IMG/VR virus record: IMGVR_UViG_3300010149_000008
Length of the DNA stretch: 64,000 nt
Direction: 5' to 3' (one strand)
DNA from: a virus
Lineage: Duplodnaviria; Caudoviricetes
Every line of letters starts with the position of its first letter. Position 1 is the first letter of the stretch. A program made the translations under genes and the position numbers. Below, piece by piece: positions 45,879 through 55,299 of this stretch. The notes below the pieces were generated by a model. The model was not told the DNA's origin. It searched no databases and worked only from the letters and a program-made list of their open reading frames with translations.

Positions 45879-46260
45879 GCTTTTTTTTCGGTATATGCTG
45901 AAATATAATGTATGGATACCACTGGTCTGCATATGAAGTACCAATTCTAAGCCATATGTGCTCATCTTCAATATCTCTAAGAACGTAACCAGAAAATTCA
46001 TCATCTATATCAGAATTAATATTTTCCATTCGTACTTTTGCTAAGTTTTTTTGCGCAATAAAACTTTTGTTTTGATTAGCATCAGCGTAAAGCACGTAAT
46101 CAAGCATGCTCCTGTATCCATCCATCTCATCTTCTACAGCTAACCACAATATATTGTCAAATTTAAAGGTATGTTCTTGTTCGTTTGCACCTTCGTAGTC
46201 TCCTACAACGCCAACGAGATTATGAAAGTGGTATAAAATTGATTTTTCTATACATTCCAT
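45871..46260 (-). CDS. Hypothetical protein
   Basis: AVEDEMDGYRSML...IGTSYADQWYPY. Confidence 0.7.
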   Translation of the reverse strand: MECIEKSILYHFHNLVGVVGDYEGANEQEHTFKFDNILWLAVEDEMDGYRSMLDYVLYADANQNKSFIAQKNLAKVRMENINSDIDDEFSGYVLRDIEDEHIWLRIGTSYADQWYPYIIFQHIPKKKHV

Positions 46261-46581
46261 TTAAAGTGTTTCTTCGCTTTCTAGAGTAATTCTTTCAATC
46301 TCTTTTTTAAATGCATTGTTATATGAAATAGTATTGGTTTGCGGCATATTATCTATCAGCTGTAAAGACAATTCAGCATACTCAGTAGTTGCAATTACTG
46401 GAAATGTTAAAATTAGATTGTCATCTTCTATAAAAGACTGACAAAATCTACAAGTTAGTTTATCAAAAAATTGTTCAGGATCTATTTTTGTTTTATGCTT
46501 TTTATTAATAGCACTTATTGTTGAGTATATGATATTGTCAGAAAGTGTTGGATGTCTGTTGATCTTTAAACTTTTATTCAT
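46261..46581 (-). CDS. Hypothetical protein (start revised to MNKSLK)
   Basis: GAGG RBS; the longer ORF runs through a tRNA. Confidence 0.65.
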   Translation of the reverse strand: MNKSLKINRHPTLSDNIIYSTISAINKKHKTKIDPEQFFDKLTCRFCQSFIEDDNLILTFPVIATTEYAELSLQLIDNMPQTNTISYNNAFKKEIERITLESEETL

Positions 46582-46610
46582 ATTTACCTCGTAAAATTTA
46601 AAATTATAAA

Positions 46611-46683
46611 TGGGCCCGGTGGGGATTGAACCCACGACCGGCCGATTATGAGTCGGATGCTCTAACCACTGAGCTACAGGCCC
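46611..46683 (-). tRNA. tRNA with CAT anticodon, probably Ile2 (lysidine type); no encoded CCA
   Basis: GGGCCTG/CGGGCCC; CCGA-CTCATAA-TCGG; overall sequence resembles bacterial Ile2 more than Met. Confidence 0.9.
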
Positions 46684-46691
46684 GTAAGATA

Positions 46692-46817
46692 TTGAGGTTC
46701 CCAACTTCCTCAACTAGACACAGCCTAAATGATCATTACTTCGATCACGCTTCCGCAACCACAAAATAGCATTCTGCTAGTAATGCATGCTAACTATAAT
46801 GATGGTCTGTGTCCCCC
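46692..46817 (-). ncRNA. Candidate structured RNA immediately 5' of the CAT tRNA
   Basis: GACACAG/CTGTGTC closing stem, three internal hairpins, TTGAGG/CCTCAA hairpin. Confidence 0.45.
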
Positions 46818-46832
46818 ACATATTATATTTAA

Positions 46833-47213
46833 TTATCGAGGTGTTACTAAAATAGTATTTTCTCCGTTTGTATACACATTAGTAATTTCAGAGCTATCAT
46901 AGTTTTCTGCTACTTGCTGAATTCTACGAAGTTGATCATTTAGTCTAAACAAAGGAGTAAACTGTGATGTTCCGTTTTGACGATAGTTGACCTTAGTATA
47001 TCGGGTCTTTTTATGAGTTGTTGTTACTGTTGTTTCATTAGATCCTGTTTTGACGTTTTGCTCTGTTGTCTTAATAATTCTATGAACGTTTCCATTTCTA
47101 TTAGCTGAGTAGTATACTCCTGGGTTTAGTGTATCCATAAACATTGTTGTTCCGTTTTCAATTTGTCTTGCAGTTGAATTTTCAATAAATCTATTAGTAT
47201 TAAAGTTGCTCAT
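46833..47213 (-). CDS. Hypothetical protein
   Basis: AAGGA RBS. Confidence 0.7.
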   Translation of the reverse strand: MSNFNTNRFIENSTARQIENGTTMFMDTLNPGVYYSANRNGNVHRIIKTTEQNVKTGSNETTVTTTHKKTRYTKVNYRQNGTSQFTPLFRLNDQLRRIQQVAENYDSSEITNVYTNGENTILVTPR

Positions 47214-47285
47214 AAATAATTCCTTTTGTTTAATTGGTTAATGTTTCCATTATAACTGTGTTGTGTTTAATTTACAAAATTTAAT

Positions 47286-47504
47286 TTAACATACCATATC
47301 AGTAATATAGTACCACGGATATACGCTAGAACTCTCAAAAAGTTTGTGATCAATAAACTTAGCAGTCTCTTCTTCACTTAAACCTTTAGGCACTTCGATA
47401 TACTCATTCTTTTGTAAAGCGTTGACGTTAATGATTTCTTCTTTGTTTGTTTCTTGCCAACAAATAGATGAAATATAATAAAGTGATTGTTTTGAATTTT
47501 CCAT
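47286..47504 (-). CDS. Hypothetical protein
   Basis: Promoter-like motif upstream. Confidence 0.65.
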   Translation of the reverse strand: MENSKQSLYYISSICWQETNKEEIINVNALQKNEYIEVPKGLSEEETAKFIDHKLFESSSVYPWYYITDMVC

Positions 47505-47585
47505 TGTAAAATCCTTGTTGGTTGGTGTTGATATAGTATTATATAATTAATTTAATCTAAATTACACTTGATAAGACATATTATA

Positions 47586-47882
47586 TTATAATACATCTAA
47601 CCATCGAGAACAAACTATAAAGAATTCTTTATCTTTTGTTTTCATTAAGATTGCTCTTTTTTTATTTCTATTATGTATACACATAATTATTTGAGCAGTC
47701 TTATCTTTTGTTTTAACTGACGCAATGTTTATAAAACTTTTTCTCAGTTCAGACTTACAAAAATCGATGTTTTCTTGAGACTTATCGAGACAATACAAGT
47801 CTTTACTACTTAAAGCAATTTCAGCTGAAGTCAATTGACTTTTTGTAAGATCAGATGTTGATAATTTTTTAAACTTGCACAA
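47586..47882 (-). CDS. Hypothetical protein
   Basis: Co-oriented ORF. Confidence 0.55.
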   Translation of the reverse strand: MCKFKKLSTSDLTKSQLTSAEIALSSKDLYCLDKSQENIDFCKSELRKSFINIASVKTKDKTAQIIMCIHNRNKKRAILMKTKDKEFFIVCSRWLDVL

Positions 47883-48166
47883 TGTTGTTGCCTAGCTTTT
47901 CAATTTTTGTTTTTTACGTTGATAAATATAACATGATCAGACATGTCATAATGTTGTACTTTAACATCTTTATTACTGTTTAAATCATTTTTATCATAAA
48001 CGTAAATAGAATTTAAACATAAAAATGCTGTTAGCGTTGTTATGACGCAATAAAAAGTTTTCATATTTCCCTCTTTTAAATTTTCATAATGAACTTTAAT
48101 TATATTATACCACAGTTTTTTAAAACAATTTTTAAAATATACTGATTTTTTAAAGCTTAGCTTTTA

Positions 48167-48475
48167 TCAAGCGTTAAGCTGAGAGCCATTGTGAATTAAA
48201 AACTTATTGTCAATATGTCTGACTAATACTTCATTATAATAAAACTCTTCTATCTCAGATTTTGGATTTAAAATCTTCAATTCACAAGATCCTTCTTCTA
48301 CTTCGAAGTTAAAAACCAAGCTACATTCAACAACCCCCACTGCTCTACTATTGTAAACAAAATTAAAATAATTTGAAAGATCATTTGAAAACATATCAGA
48401 AAGATTCATATCTATTTCTATCATGTCTTCTATTTCAATTGCGTAATCTGCAATTTCGTGGTCTGAATTGAACAT
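48167..48475 (-). CDS. Acidic hypothetical protein
   Basis: AAGGA RBS. Confidence 0.65.
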   Translation of the reverse strand: MFNSDHEIADYAIEIEDMIEIDMNLSDMFSNDLSNYFNFVYNSRAVGVVECSLVFNFEVEEGSCELKILNPKSEIEEFYYNEVLVRHIDNKFLIHNGSQLNA

Positions 48476-48664
48476 ACTTTATCCTTTAATTGCTTTATAT
48501 TAAAAAAATGTTTAGTAGTTTTTTTTATTTATGAAGTCTATAAAGCTATATAAAATAGCAAATGTAATAGGAATAATTATTGTTATAGCACTATAGCGAG
48601 TTAAGGCTAAAAAAACAATAATTAAAAAAACATACAATATAGTTTCTGCTTTCATGTTGTATTT

Positions 48665-48892
48665 CTAGTAGTCTTTATTATTAGAAATTTTATTTAAATA
48701 GTTTATGTTTATACTATCACCATCATCAAATTGTTCGTGATCTTCGTGTACACATCCGTAATCTTCATTTTCATCTTGAAAACTTAAAACTTCTTCTTTA
48801 AAAGCTTTATTTCTCGTATTGTTAGTAGTATCGAATATAAAGCCTGTAACTAATGTTATTGATAATAAGGTTACTAAAATTAAACGAAGCAT
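48665..48892 (-). CDS. Small protein with N-terminal hydrophobic segment
   Basis: GGAG RBS; signal/anchor-like start. Confidence 0.6.
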   Translation of the reverse strand: MLRLILVTLLSITLVTGFIFDTTNNTRNKAFKEEVLSFQDENEDYGCVHEDHEQFDDGDSININYLNKISNNKDY

Positions 48893-48919
48893 AATATCTC
48901 CTAATAAGTTTTTAAAAAT

Positions 48920-48991
48920 TGGGTCGCCCGGGACTCGAACCCGGAACCAATGGATTAAAAGTCCACTGCTCTACCATTGAGCTAGCAACCC
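48920..48991 (-). tRNA. tRNA-Lys(TTT), no encoded CCA
   Basis: GGGTTGC/GCGACCC; GTGGA-CTTTTAA-TCCAT; GGTTCGAG. Confidence 0.95.
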
Positions 48992-49131
48992 ATATGTTTT
49001 ACTTTTCGTAGTTAATGATGTTATGTTTAAATAAATTAATTAATTCGCTATGCTTTTTATATTAGACCTATATAACTTGAAGATTTATATACATGATTAT
49101 ATTATGTTATTTACATTTGTATAAATTATAT

Positions 49132-49434
49132 TTAAAAACATTCAGGAAAAGTCTCATTAAAAGTTTCTGACCAATAATGCTTCTTGTTCGAATGCAAATT
49201 ACCTTTAATACAGTCTACTTTAGGTTCATTACCACCTACATACTTTGAGCAAGAAATAATAATATCTTTTTCTTTATATCTGCAAAACAAACTGTAAGTA
49301 TTGATTTCGTAATAAGCATGATACCCAGTCTTTTTATTAATATACTCTATGCTTGAACCAATTGGTATATCAATTAACCCTGTATCATTATTTGTTCTTG
49401 CGCATAATTCAATTTTGTTAGTTAAAACTGTCAT
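49132..49434 (-). CDS. Hypothetical protein
   Basis: AGGAGG RBS. Confidence 0.7.
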   Translation of the reverse strand: MTVLTNKIELCARTNNDTGLIDIPIGSSIEYINKKTGYHAYYEINTYSLFCRYKEKDIIISCSKYVGGNEPKVDCIKGNLHSNKKHYWSETFNETFPECF

Positions 49435-49470
49435 TTTAAAAACCTCCTGTAAATGGAATTCCGTAGTACC

Positions 49471-49680
49471 TTAATTAAATTGATTTGTTGTAATCATAAG
49501 ATACGTTTCTTTTTCTCCAGTATTACAAACTGAATTATCGGCATCTGTTAAGTCTGGGTACAACTCTTTTGTTTGAACTTCATCTTCTTTGACAAGTTCA
49601 TAAAAAGCACCTTCAGGAGAAATAACTTGCATTGTCGGGTCATACGTCTCTAGGAGTTTAATAAGTTCTAAAACTGTCAT
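49471..49680 (-). CDS. Small phage protein (MTVxELIxxL family)
   Basis: MTVLELIKLLETYD; similar start in 55054-55257. Confidence 0.65.
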   Translation of the reverse strand: MTVLELIKLLETYDPTMQVISPEGAFYELVKEDEVQTKELYPDLTDADNSVCNTGEKETYLMITTNQFN

Positions 49681-49721
49681 TTTTTTCCTTTGTAAAAACA
49701 AATAATATATCCAACTCTTTT

Positions 49722-49751
49722 ATTATAATAAATAATAGATCTAATTTACAC
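49722..49751 (-). promoter_or_regulatory. Promoter (GTGTAA-N18-TATAAT)
   Basis: Recurrent motif overlapping the upstream stop. Confidence 0.75.
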
Positions 49752-50145
49752 GCTTTGTAAAATCTTTTTCATATTCTTTATCAACTGAAATGTATAAAAC
49801 TCTATGATCTATAAATTCTTTGAATTCTTTAAACACATAGTCTCCTTTGTAATCTTTTACTATAGAAGAAATATATCTTTGACATACAATTTTTTTTCTT
49901 TTAATTTCTAAGTTTAGCAAACAACTGTCTTTGTCAAAGCATCTAGCTACAAGATAAGATTTTAACTCATGCAAGTTTTTGTTTACTTCTACAACTGTAG
50001 AACTTTTATTTTTATATCTTGTTACTTCGTCACATGTTACTTCTTTATATCCACTTTCTTTTAAGTAAATTATGTCCAAGACTTTTTCGTTATCACAAGA
50101 AAAAAGCAAAGATAAAGAAAAAATTAACAATAGCACTTTACTCAT
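49741..50145 (-). CDS. Putative lipoprotein
   Basis: MSKVLLLIFSLSLLFS|C. Confidence 0.65.
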   Translation of the reverse strand: MSKVLLLIFSLSLLFSCDNEKVLDIIYLKESGYKEVTCDEVTRYKNKSSTVVEVNKNLHELKSYLVARCFDKDSCLLNLEIKRKKIVCQRYISSIVKDYKGDYVFKEFKEFIDHRVLYISVDKEYEKDFTKRVN

Positions 50146-50202
50146 TTAAACCCTTACAATATTGATATTGTTTTTCATATAATTTTAAAGCCTGTTTAAA
50201 AT

Positions 50203-50586
50203 TTAGCCTCCGTATATATCGTTATATCTTCTAGCTTCAGCAAAACCTGGAGTCATCCATGCCATTTTACTACTAATAGATCTAGCTGCTGCAACATGCC
50301 CATCATGCCAACCAGCATTTTCTGGATACTGTTCAACAATCATTTTGTGAATAGCTTTTAAAAATGGTCTCATTGAGCCACATTTTTCATCCCAATTTTT
50401 CTTGATTACGCTATTAACAATAGGATCGTATCTATAAGAAGAGCTGTAGTCTTTGTTGCTGCACTCTTTAACTAGATCATCAACAATATGCTGCAGTTTA
50501 GATCTACTAAATGATATTTCAACATAGTTGTTAAACCAAGGTGACTGTTCTGTATCGAATTTAATTGTGAATAAATCTTTGCTCAT
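50203..50586 (-). CDS. Hypothetical protein
   Basis: Co-oriented ORF. Confidence 0.7.
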   Translation of the reverse strand: MSKDLFTIKFDTEQSPWFNNYVEISFSRSKLQHIVDDLVKECSNKDYSSSYRYDPIVNSVIKKNWDEKCGSMRPFLKAIHKMIVEQYPENAGWHDGHVAAARSISSKMAWMTPGFAEARRYNDIYGG

Positions 50587-50724
50587 TTTTTTACCTTTTG
50601 AAATGAAATTTAAAGAAAGAAGTTAAAAGATAGAGATTAATCAAATATGATAACCCAGAGTAAAAGTAATATTGCTAATAAAAACATAGTTTGTTCCTTT
50701 GTTGTTGTTTCCCCTTATATCATT

Positions 50725-50754
50725 ATTATAATATATAATAATTCCAAATTACAC
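50725..50754 (-). promoter_or_regulatory. Promoter (GTGTAA-N18-TATAAT)
   Basis: The TAA of the -35 box is the stop codon of 50749-50982. Confidence 0.75.
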
Positions 50755-50982
50755 GCATGTATTAACTACACCGTTCTTTATAACATTTGAAGCATAACAT
50801 GAAAGCGGTATTGCTTGAGATCTATAACCGTTATATTTATCTATTCCGACTTCTAGCTTTTGTTCTTCAGTAAACTTGTGGACATCATCTAAGCCTAAAC
50901 AGAACATGCTTTTGCCTTTGTTTTTTCCTGAAAGTATTATTTCAACCTTAAACATTATTAGTGGGTATTTGTTTGTTTTCAT
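50749..50982 (-). CDS. Hypothetical protein
   Basis: AAGGA RBS. Confidence 0.65.
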   Translation of the reverse strand: MKTNKYPLIMFKVEIILSGKNKGKSMFCLGLDDVHKFTEEQKLEVGIDKYNGYRSQAIPLSCYASNVIKNGVVNTCV

Positions 50983-51438
50983 ATTTGCTGTCCTTATTAC
51001 TTAGTCATATAAATTAGCCATAAATACTTCTTGCTGTAATAGCTAAAGAAATTTGCAAAAAAAGATATACGAATACTGACAAGGAAATATACGCTGTTTT
51101 TTCGTAAACATAAAAACATATTACTAAAGGCACAATGAATAATATTGCAAACTGCGGCGGTACATAAACTGTTTCCATATCTTTATCCTGCTATTTGAAA
51201 GTGATTAAAATGATCGATAAATAAATTAAAAATGAATATAAAATTGTTTTAAAAATAGATAAATTGTAATTTGAAAAAACTGTAACAGGAATCATAATAA
51301 ATAAAACATTAAGCATTGATGGAACAATAAAGCTAGCTGATAACATTATATCTAATCCACTTTTCATTATTATTTCCTTTTTCCGATTGCCTTATGAGTT
51401 ATTATACCATTAATTAATTTCATGTTGCACGCTTTAAA

Positions 51439-51621
51439 TTACTCTGGTATATCAATCTTAAATGCTGCTGCTATACATGAAAATATTGTTGCAGTCAAAG
51501 TAGTACATAAGATTTGATCTATAAAGTTTGTTATACTAAGAGCTTCGATTAATTGAACGTTAACAATAAAACCTGATAATAGTGCTATTACAAACGTTAA
51601 AGGTGTTATAACTTTTTTCAT
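51439..51621 (-). CDS. Small membrane protein
   Basis: Two hydrophobic segments. Confidence 0.55.
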   Translation of the reverse strand: MKKVITPLTFVIALLSGFIVNVQLIEALSITNFIDQILCTTLTATIFSCIAAAFKIDIPE

Positions 51622-51777
51622 TTTTCTAACTCAACAAGTGAAAAGTAAAGATACCAATTAAGATTCCTAACAATTGTTCAGGAAACATAAAAGATAAAAT
51701 CATGCATAAAGCAATTGCTGTTAACCAATAAAAAGCTAACAAAAAACAAATTAATTCTCTAGTAATAATGTTCATCA

Positions 51778-52017
51778 TTAAAAAGTGTCCATATCTTTAA
51801 TTAAACCTGCACTACGACATGCAACCCAATATATCGAGTAGATAAAAATTACTGTTGACATTATAACAGGAAAAGAAGCACCTAATGTTTCAAGATATAC
51901 TCCTAAAATCCACGGTAACATAAAAGCTGAAATGCAGAGGATAACTGACATCATTAACATAGTTACACTAAAAAGCAAAACAAAAAACTCTTTTAAATAA
52001 ATTAAAGCCACAAGCAA
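51778..52017 (-). CDS. Small membrane protein
   Basis: Two hydrophobic segments; start uncertain. Confidence 0.5.
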   Translation of the reverse strand: MLVALIYLKEFFVLLFSVTMLMMSVILCISAFMLPWILGVYLETLGASFPVIMSTVIFIYSIYWVACRSAGLIKDMDTF

Positions 52018-52244
52018 TTTCCTAACTCCATACCAACACTTTTAATCTCTTCATCTCTTGTTTCATGTAATGATCTATATGCAAGTTTTGATGCAATTGC
52101 ATAGTCATCATGATCTGGGCTGCTATTTAAATCAATGTATATATTACAATGCTTTTTAAATTGTTTTAAAGTAAACCCATCTTCTATTGACTTTGATTGC
52201 CAGTAATTGTATATTTCAATATATTTTGATATGCTCATTTTCAT
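52002..52244 (-). CDS. Hypothetical protein
   Basis: Promoter upstream. Confidence 0.65.
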   Translation of the reverse strand: MKMSISKYIEIYNYWQSKSIEDGFTLKQFKKHCNIYIDLNSSPDHDDYAIASKLAYRSLHETRDEEIKSVGMELGNCLWL

Positions 52245-52273
52245 CCTTGTTTGTTGGTTGGATTATATGGTTT

Positions 52274-52303
52274 ATTATAAGACAATATTAAACTATTTTA
52301 CAC
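52274..52303 (-). promoter_or_regulatory. Promoter (GTGTAA-N18-TATAAT)
   Basis: Recurrent motif. Confidence 0.75.
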
Positions 52304-52321
52304 GCAATTAGAAGTAAAACT

Positions 52322-52810
52322 TCACCTATCTTCCGGTTTTACGAAAGCCATTCCTAAAAGCATGTAGATTTCTTCTTCAGACTTGTTTTTAGATATATTG
52401 TTTTTTTCGCTATCTATCAGACCGTTTTGACTTAATTTAAGGCCCAGCTTGTTTGCTTTTTTTCTAAGCCTTACATTTTCTTTAGTCGAACCTGTCCAGT
52501 GTAAAAGGTAAGAACCTTTAATTTCAGAATTGCAAATGTTTAAGTCAATCTGTACATCTTCAAAAAGAAAACTGCATGACTTTCTCTTGCTCAGATCTTT
52601 ACCCGTCAATGTCTCAAGCTTTTTGTCCAAACCAATTTCAGCTTCTTCTCTTACTACTATCAAGTCTAAATCACCTACTTCTTTTTTCTTCCTCCTTAGA
52701 CTTCCTGCTACGTAAACTCCTTTTTCTCCAATAACTTTTTTTACTTTACAGATTATCTTGTTTGCATTTGCTGAAGATATTTTTTTGCCATTTGATAGTT
52801 TGCCGCCCAT
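52322..52810 (-). CDS. Minimal X-family DNA polymerase (palm + thumb only)
   Basis: VAGSLRR..VGDLDLIV, QIDL, LLHWTGS..NVRLR..A..LGLKLSQNGL, SEEEIY..LG..FVKPEDR. Confidence 0.88.
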   Translation of the reverse strand: MGGKLSNGKKISSANANKIICKVKKVIGEKGVYVAGSLRRKKKEVGDLDLIVVREEAEIGLDKKLETLTGKDLSKRKSCSFLFEDVQIDLNICNSEIKGSYLLHWTGSTKENVRLRKKANKLGLKLSQNGLIDSEKNNISKNKSEEEIYMLLGMAFVKPEDR

Positions 52811-52885
52811 AATTTATCCTTTTTTGGTTGGTATGTATTATGTTTTATTATAAATAATTAATTAACTTTTTTACACGAATAGTGT

Positions 52886-53173
52886 CTAGTCTACAACATA
52901 AATAATATCACAATCGCTAGATAGCGTTGCAGGTGTTACGTCACCTTTTTTTGCATGAATATAGTCAGGAGCTTCAACAACCTTCCACTTTGCGTAATAA
53001 CCATCACTATTTTTTTCATTACTCACTTTTCCTGTTGATATACCATGAAAAGTTATTTTGCCTCCACTTCTACATATAATCTCAGCACGTTGGCCAAACG
53101 TTGTATACTTACTCCATTCAGCATCTGTACAAGAGAAAAATAAAGCTGTAATTAAAATTAAGTATTTCTTCAT
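52886..53173 (-). CDS. Putative lipoprotein
   Basis: MKKYLILITALFFS|C; leader cassette upstream. Confidence 0.7.
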   Translation of the reverse strand: MKKYLILITALFFSCTDAEWSKYTTFGQRAEIICRSGGKITFHGISTGKVSNEKNSDGYYAKWKVVEAPDYIHAKKGDVTPATLSSDCDIIYVVD

Positions 53174-53179
53174 ATTGTG

Positions 53180-53247
53180 TCCTTTTAAATGAATGATTGT
53201 TAATGCCTTATGGATTATTATAATATAGTATTAATCTAATTTACACT
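53180..53247 (-). repeat. Promoter-leader-RBS cassette copy
   Basis: Near-identical to 58935-58997. Confidence 0.75.
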
Positions 53248-53265
53248 TAATAAGTTCTGACATTT

Positions 53266-53580
53266 TTATTTACTATAGTCATTTAAATAATTCTCTGTTA
53301 TTAATATCATTTCTTTTAATGTAGCTACACTATTTGCTAAAGGTAAAACAAACTTATCACGGTCAGAAACGCCTAACCTGTTCATCTTATTAACTACTCT
53401 TATCATACGTGTTTCTACCTCTTTTAAAGAAACAGTCATGTGCGCTATATTTTGATGCAAAGTTTCTACTAAAGGTACATCATCAGAATTTTCAGCGTTT
53501 TTTACAGCTGTATCTAGAATTTTGTAGTGATCAATACTTTCTTTTATAAATACTTCTAACATTACAGGCTTTTTAATCAT
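53266..53580 (-). CDS. Hypothetical helical protein
   Basis: GAGGA RBS. Confidence 0.65.
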   Translation of the reverse strand: MIKKPVMLEVFIKESIDHYKILDTAVKNAENSDDVPLVETLHQNIAHMTVSLKEVETRMIRVVNKMNRLGVSDRDKFVLPLANSVATLKEMILITENYLNDYSK

Positions 53581-53824
53581 AATACTTATCCTCTTTACTA
53601 TATAAGATATATATTATCTATGTCTATAACAAAAGCACTAACACTACTTTGACCAAACAACCTTTATATTACTCATTTCTTGATGCCACTTTGCCTCCTG
53701 CTTTTCACAAAGTCCGATAGCCATTGATGAAAAGCTTATTAGACACTCATTTGTTTCTAAACAGATTAGACTGACTGTGTATACTTTCACGTAATACCTT
53801 TCTTTACTTTGTATATAAAAATTA

Positions 53825-54355
53825 TTATATGTATGATACTTCTAATAAAACTGCAGTATTCTGCAGCCTTGCTGAAACTGAGTACTTGAAGTCGTATACT
53901 TCACTAAACTCGTCTACATAAAAGTTAACGTCTTTCTTTTTCATAGAGTCCTGTGCCCACTGTTTAATATCTGATGTTATTAAACCCATCAAACTATCAG
54001 GCCCATTAGGATCGACGCCTTTAATTTTTCTTGTTAGCTCTTCTTTAAGATCAGATGCGTTAACTCCTGTAAAGGGTTCATCATGTGGAATCTTCCAACA
54101 AAAAGCATGTGTATAATCGATTAAACCTTTAATGAATCTCTTGCTAGATGCTTTATGCATCTCACCACGTGCTGTAAACAAAGCTGAATAGTTTTCTGTA
54201 TTCAATGTCAACTCCGGGTTTTTAAGAGTAGCTTTAGGTAGTTTATTCTTTTTCATTTGTTTTAACTGCTGTAGATTAACAGGCAAATCATCAGGTAGAT
54301 TATTTAAAAGAGCTTTAAGCTCGCCTATGGTTTTAGCTTCTTTAAATATTGACAT
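53825..54355 (-). CDS. Hypothetical protein
   Basis: Co-oriented ORF. Confidence 0.7.
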   Translation of the reverse strand: MSIFKEAKTIGELKALLNNLPDDLPVNLQQLKQMKKNKLPKATLKNPELTLNTENYSALFTARGEMHKASSKRFIKGLIDYTHAFCWKIPHDEPFTGVNASDLKEELTRKIKGVDPNGPDSLMGLITSDIKQWAQDSMKKKDVNFYVDEFSEVYDFKYSVSARLQNTAVLLEVSYI

Positions 54356-54358
54356 AAC

Positions 54359-54988
54359 CTACACTTTAATATCTAAGAATTCTGTAATGAACTTAGCAAG
54401 CGTTAATTGATTTTTGAGAGTTGAAAACTTAACAATCTCTACATTGTTATTTAATAAAATTTGCTTGAGGACTTGATTGCTTAAGTTGGTATGTTCTCCT
54501 ATGTCTAGAGGAATATGAATGCATGTATCTGGGTCTGTATCATATCGACTGTTATAAACCTCTGACTGCGTTTGGCTATCCCAGACTTTGGTAATATCGC
54601 TAAGGTTGTCATCATAATCTTCACATATAATGTCATGTGTTATCATAATAACTTCAATACCCTTGTGCATTGAACCATCACTCATTTTTACAGTTTCTTG
54701 TTTATGTATTTCTCCTACTACACACTGATTGCTGTGATGGCCATGATAGTAAACAATCTTATCTGGTTCTTCTTCTTCTTGAACACCATTTAATTCAGGA
54801 TCTTCATCAGGAAATGTTTCATAGTAATCATCAACAAAACACTGATCGTTATCAATATAGTGATTGGTCAAACCTTGATAAGCTGATTGCCACATAGTAT
54901 CAAAATCCATTTTCTCCAAAACTTTTCTAACAAGTTTTTCTACATATACTTCAGTATTAGGAATGTATTTATCTCTTGAAAGTGTCAT
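54359..54988 (-). CDS. Acidic hypothetical protein
   Basis: Leader cassette upstream. Confidence 0.75.
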   Translation of the reverse strand: MTLSRDKYIPNTEVYVEKLVRKVLEKMDFDTMWQSAYQGLTNHYIDNDQCFVDDYYETFPDEDPELNGVQEEEEPDKIVYYHGHHSNQCVVGEIHKQETVKMSDGSMHKGIEVIMITHDIICEDYDDNLSDITKVWDSQTQSEVYNSRYDTDPDTCIHIPLDIGEHTNLSNQVLKQILLNNNVEIVKFSTLKNQLTLAKFITEFLDIKV

Positions 54989-54996
54989 ATTTAATT

Positions 54997-55066
54997 TCCT
55001 TTTTGATTGAATGATTGAATGTACCTTATGATGTATTATACCATGAAGTTGAACTAAATTGCACGT
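54997..55066 (-). repeat. Promoter-leader-RBS cassette copy
   Basis: GTGCAA-N18-TATAAT-ACATCATAAGGTACATTCAATCATTCAATCAAAAAGGA. Confidence 0.8.
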
Positions 55067-55257
55067 ATAACAACTATATGCTTTACATCTTTATCTTCCT
55101 CAAATGCTCGAACTGTAGAGTTGTCAAATCTTACAAGTGAATTTTCTACAGCATTGTCATTTATCTCTACTAACATATCATGATTTACTTCAATCAAAAC
55201 TTCAGTATTAACATCATACTTTTTTAGCTTTTCAATCATCTCTATAACAGTCATCAT
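55054..55257 (-). CDS. Small phage protein (MTVxExIxxL family)
   Basis: MTVIEMIEKLKKYD. Confidence 0.65.
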   Translation of the reverse strand: MMTVIEMIEKLKKYDVNTEVLIEVNHDMLVEINDNAVENSLVRFDNSTVRAFEEDKDVKHIVVIRAI

Positions 55258-55299
55258 ATTTTCCTTTTAAATAAGAATTGTTTATATTTGTTTATTACA

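Noticed and set aside
46582-46713. N-terminal extension of the 150-aa ORF
   Set aside because: It reads through the CAT tRNA; a GAGG-ATG start at 46581 is better supported.
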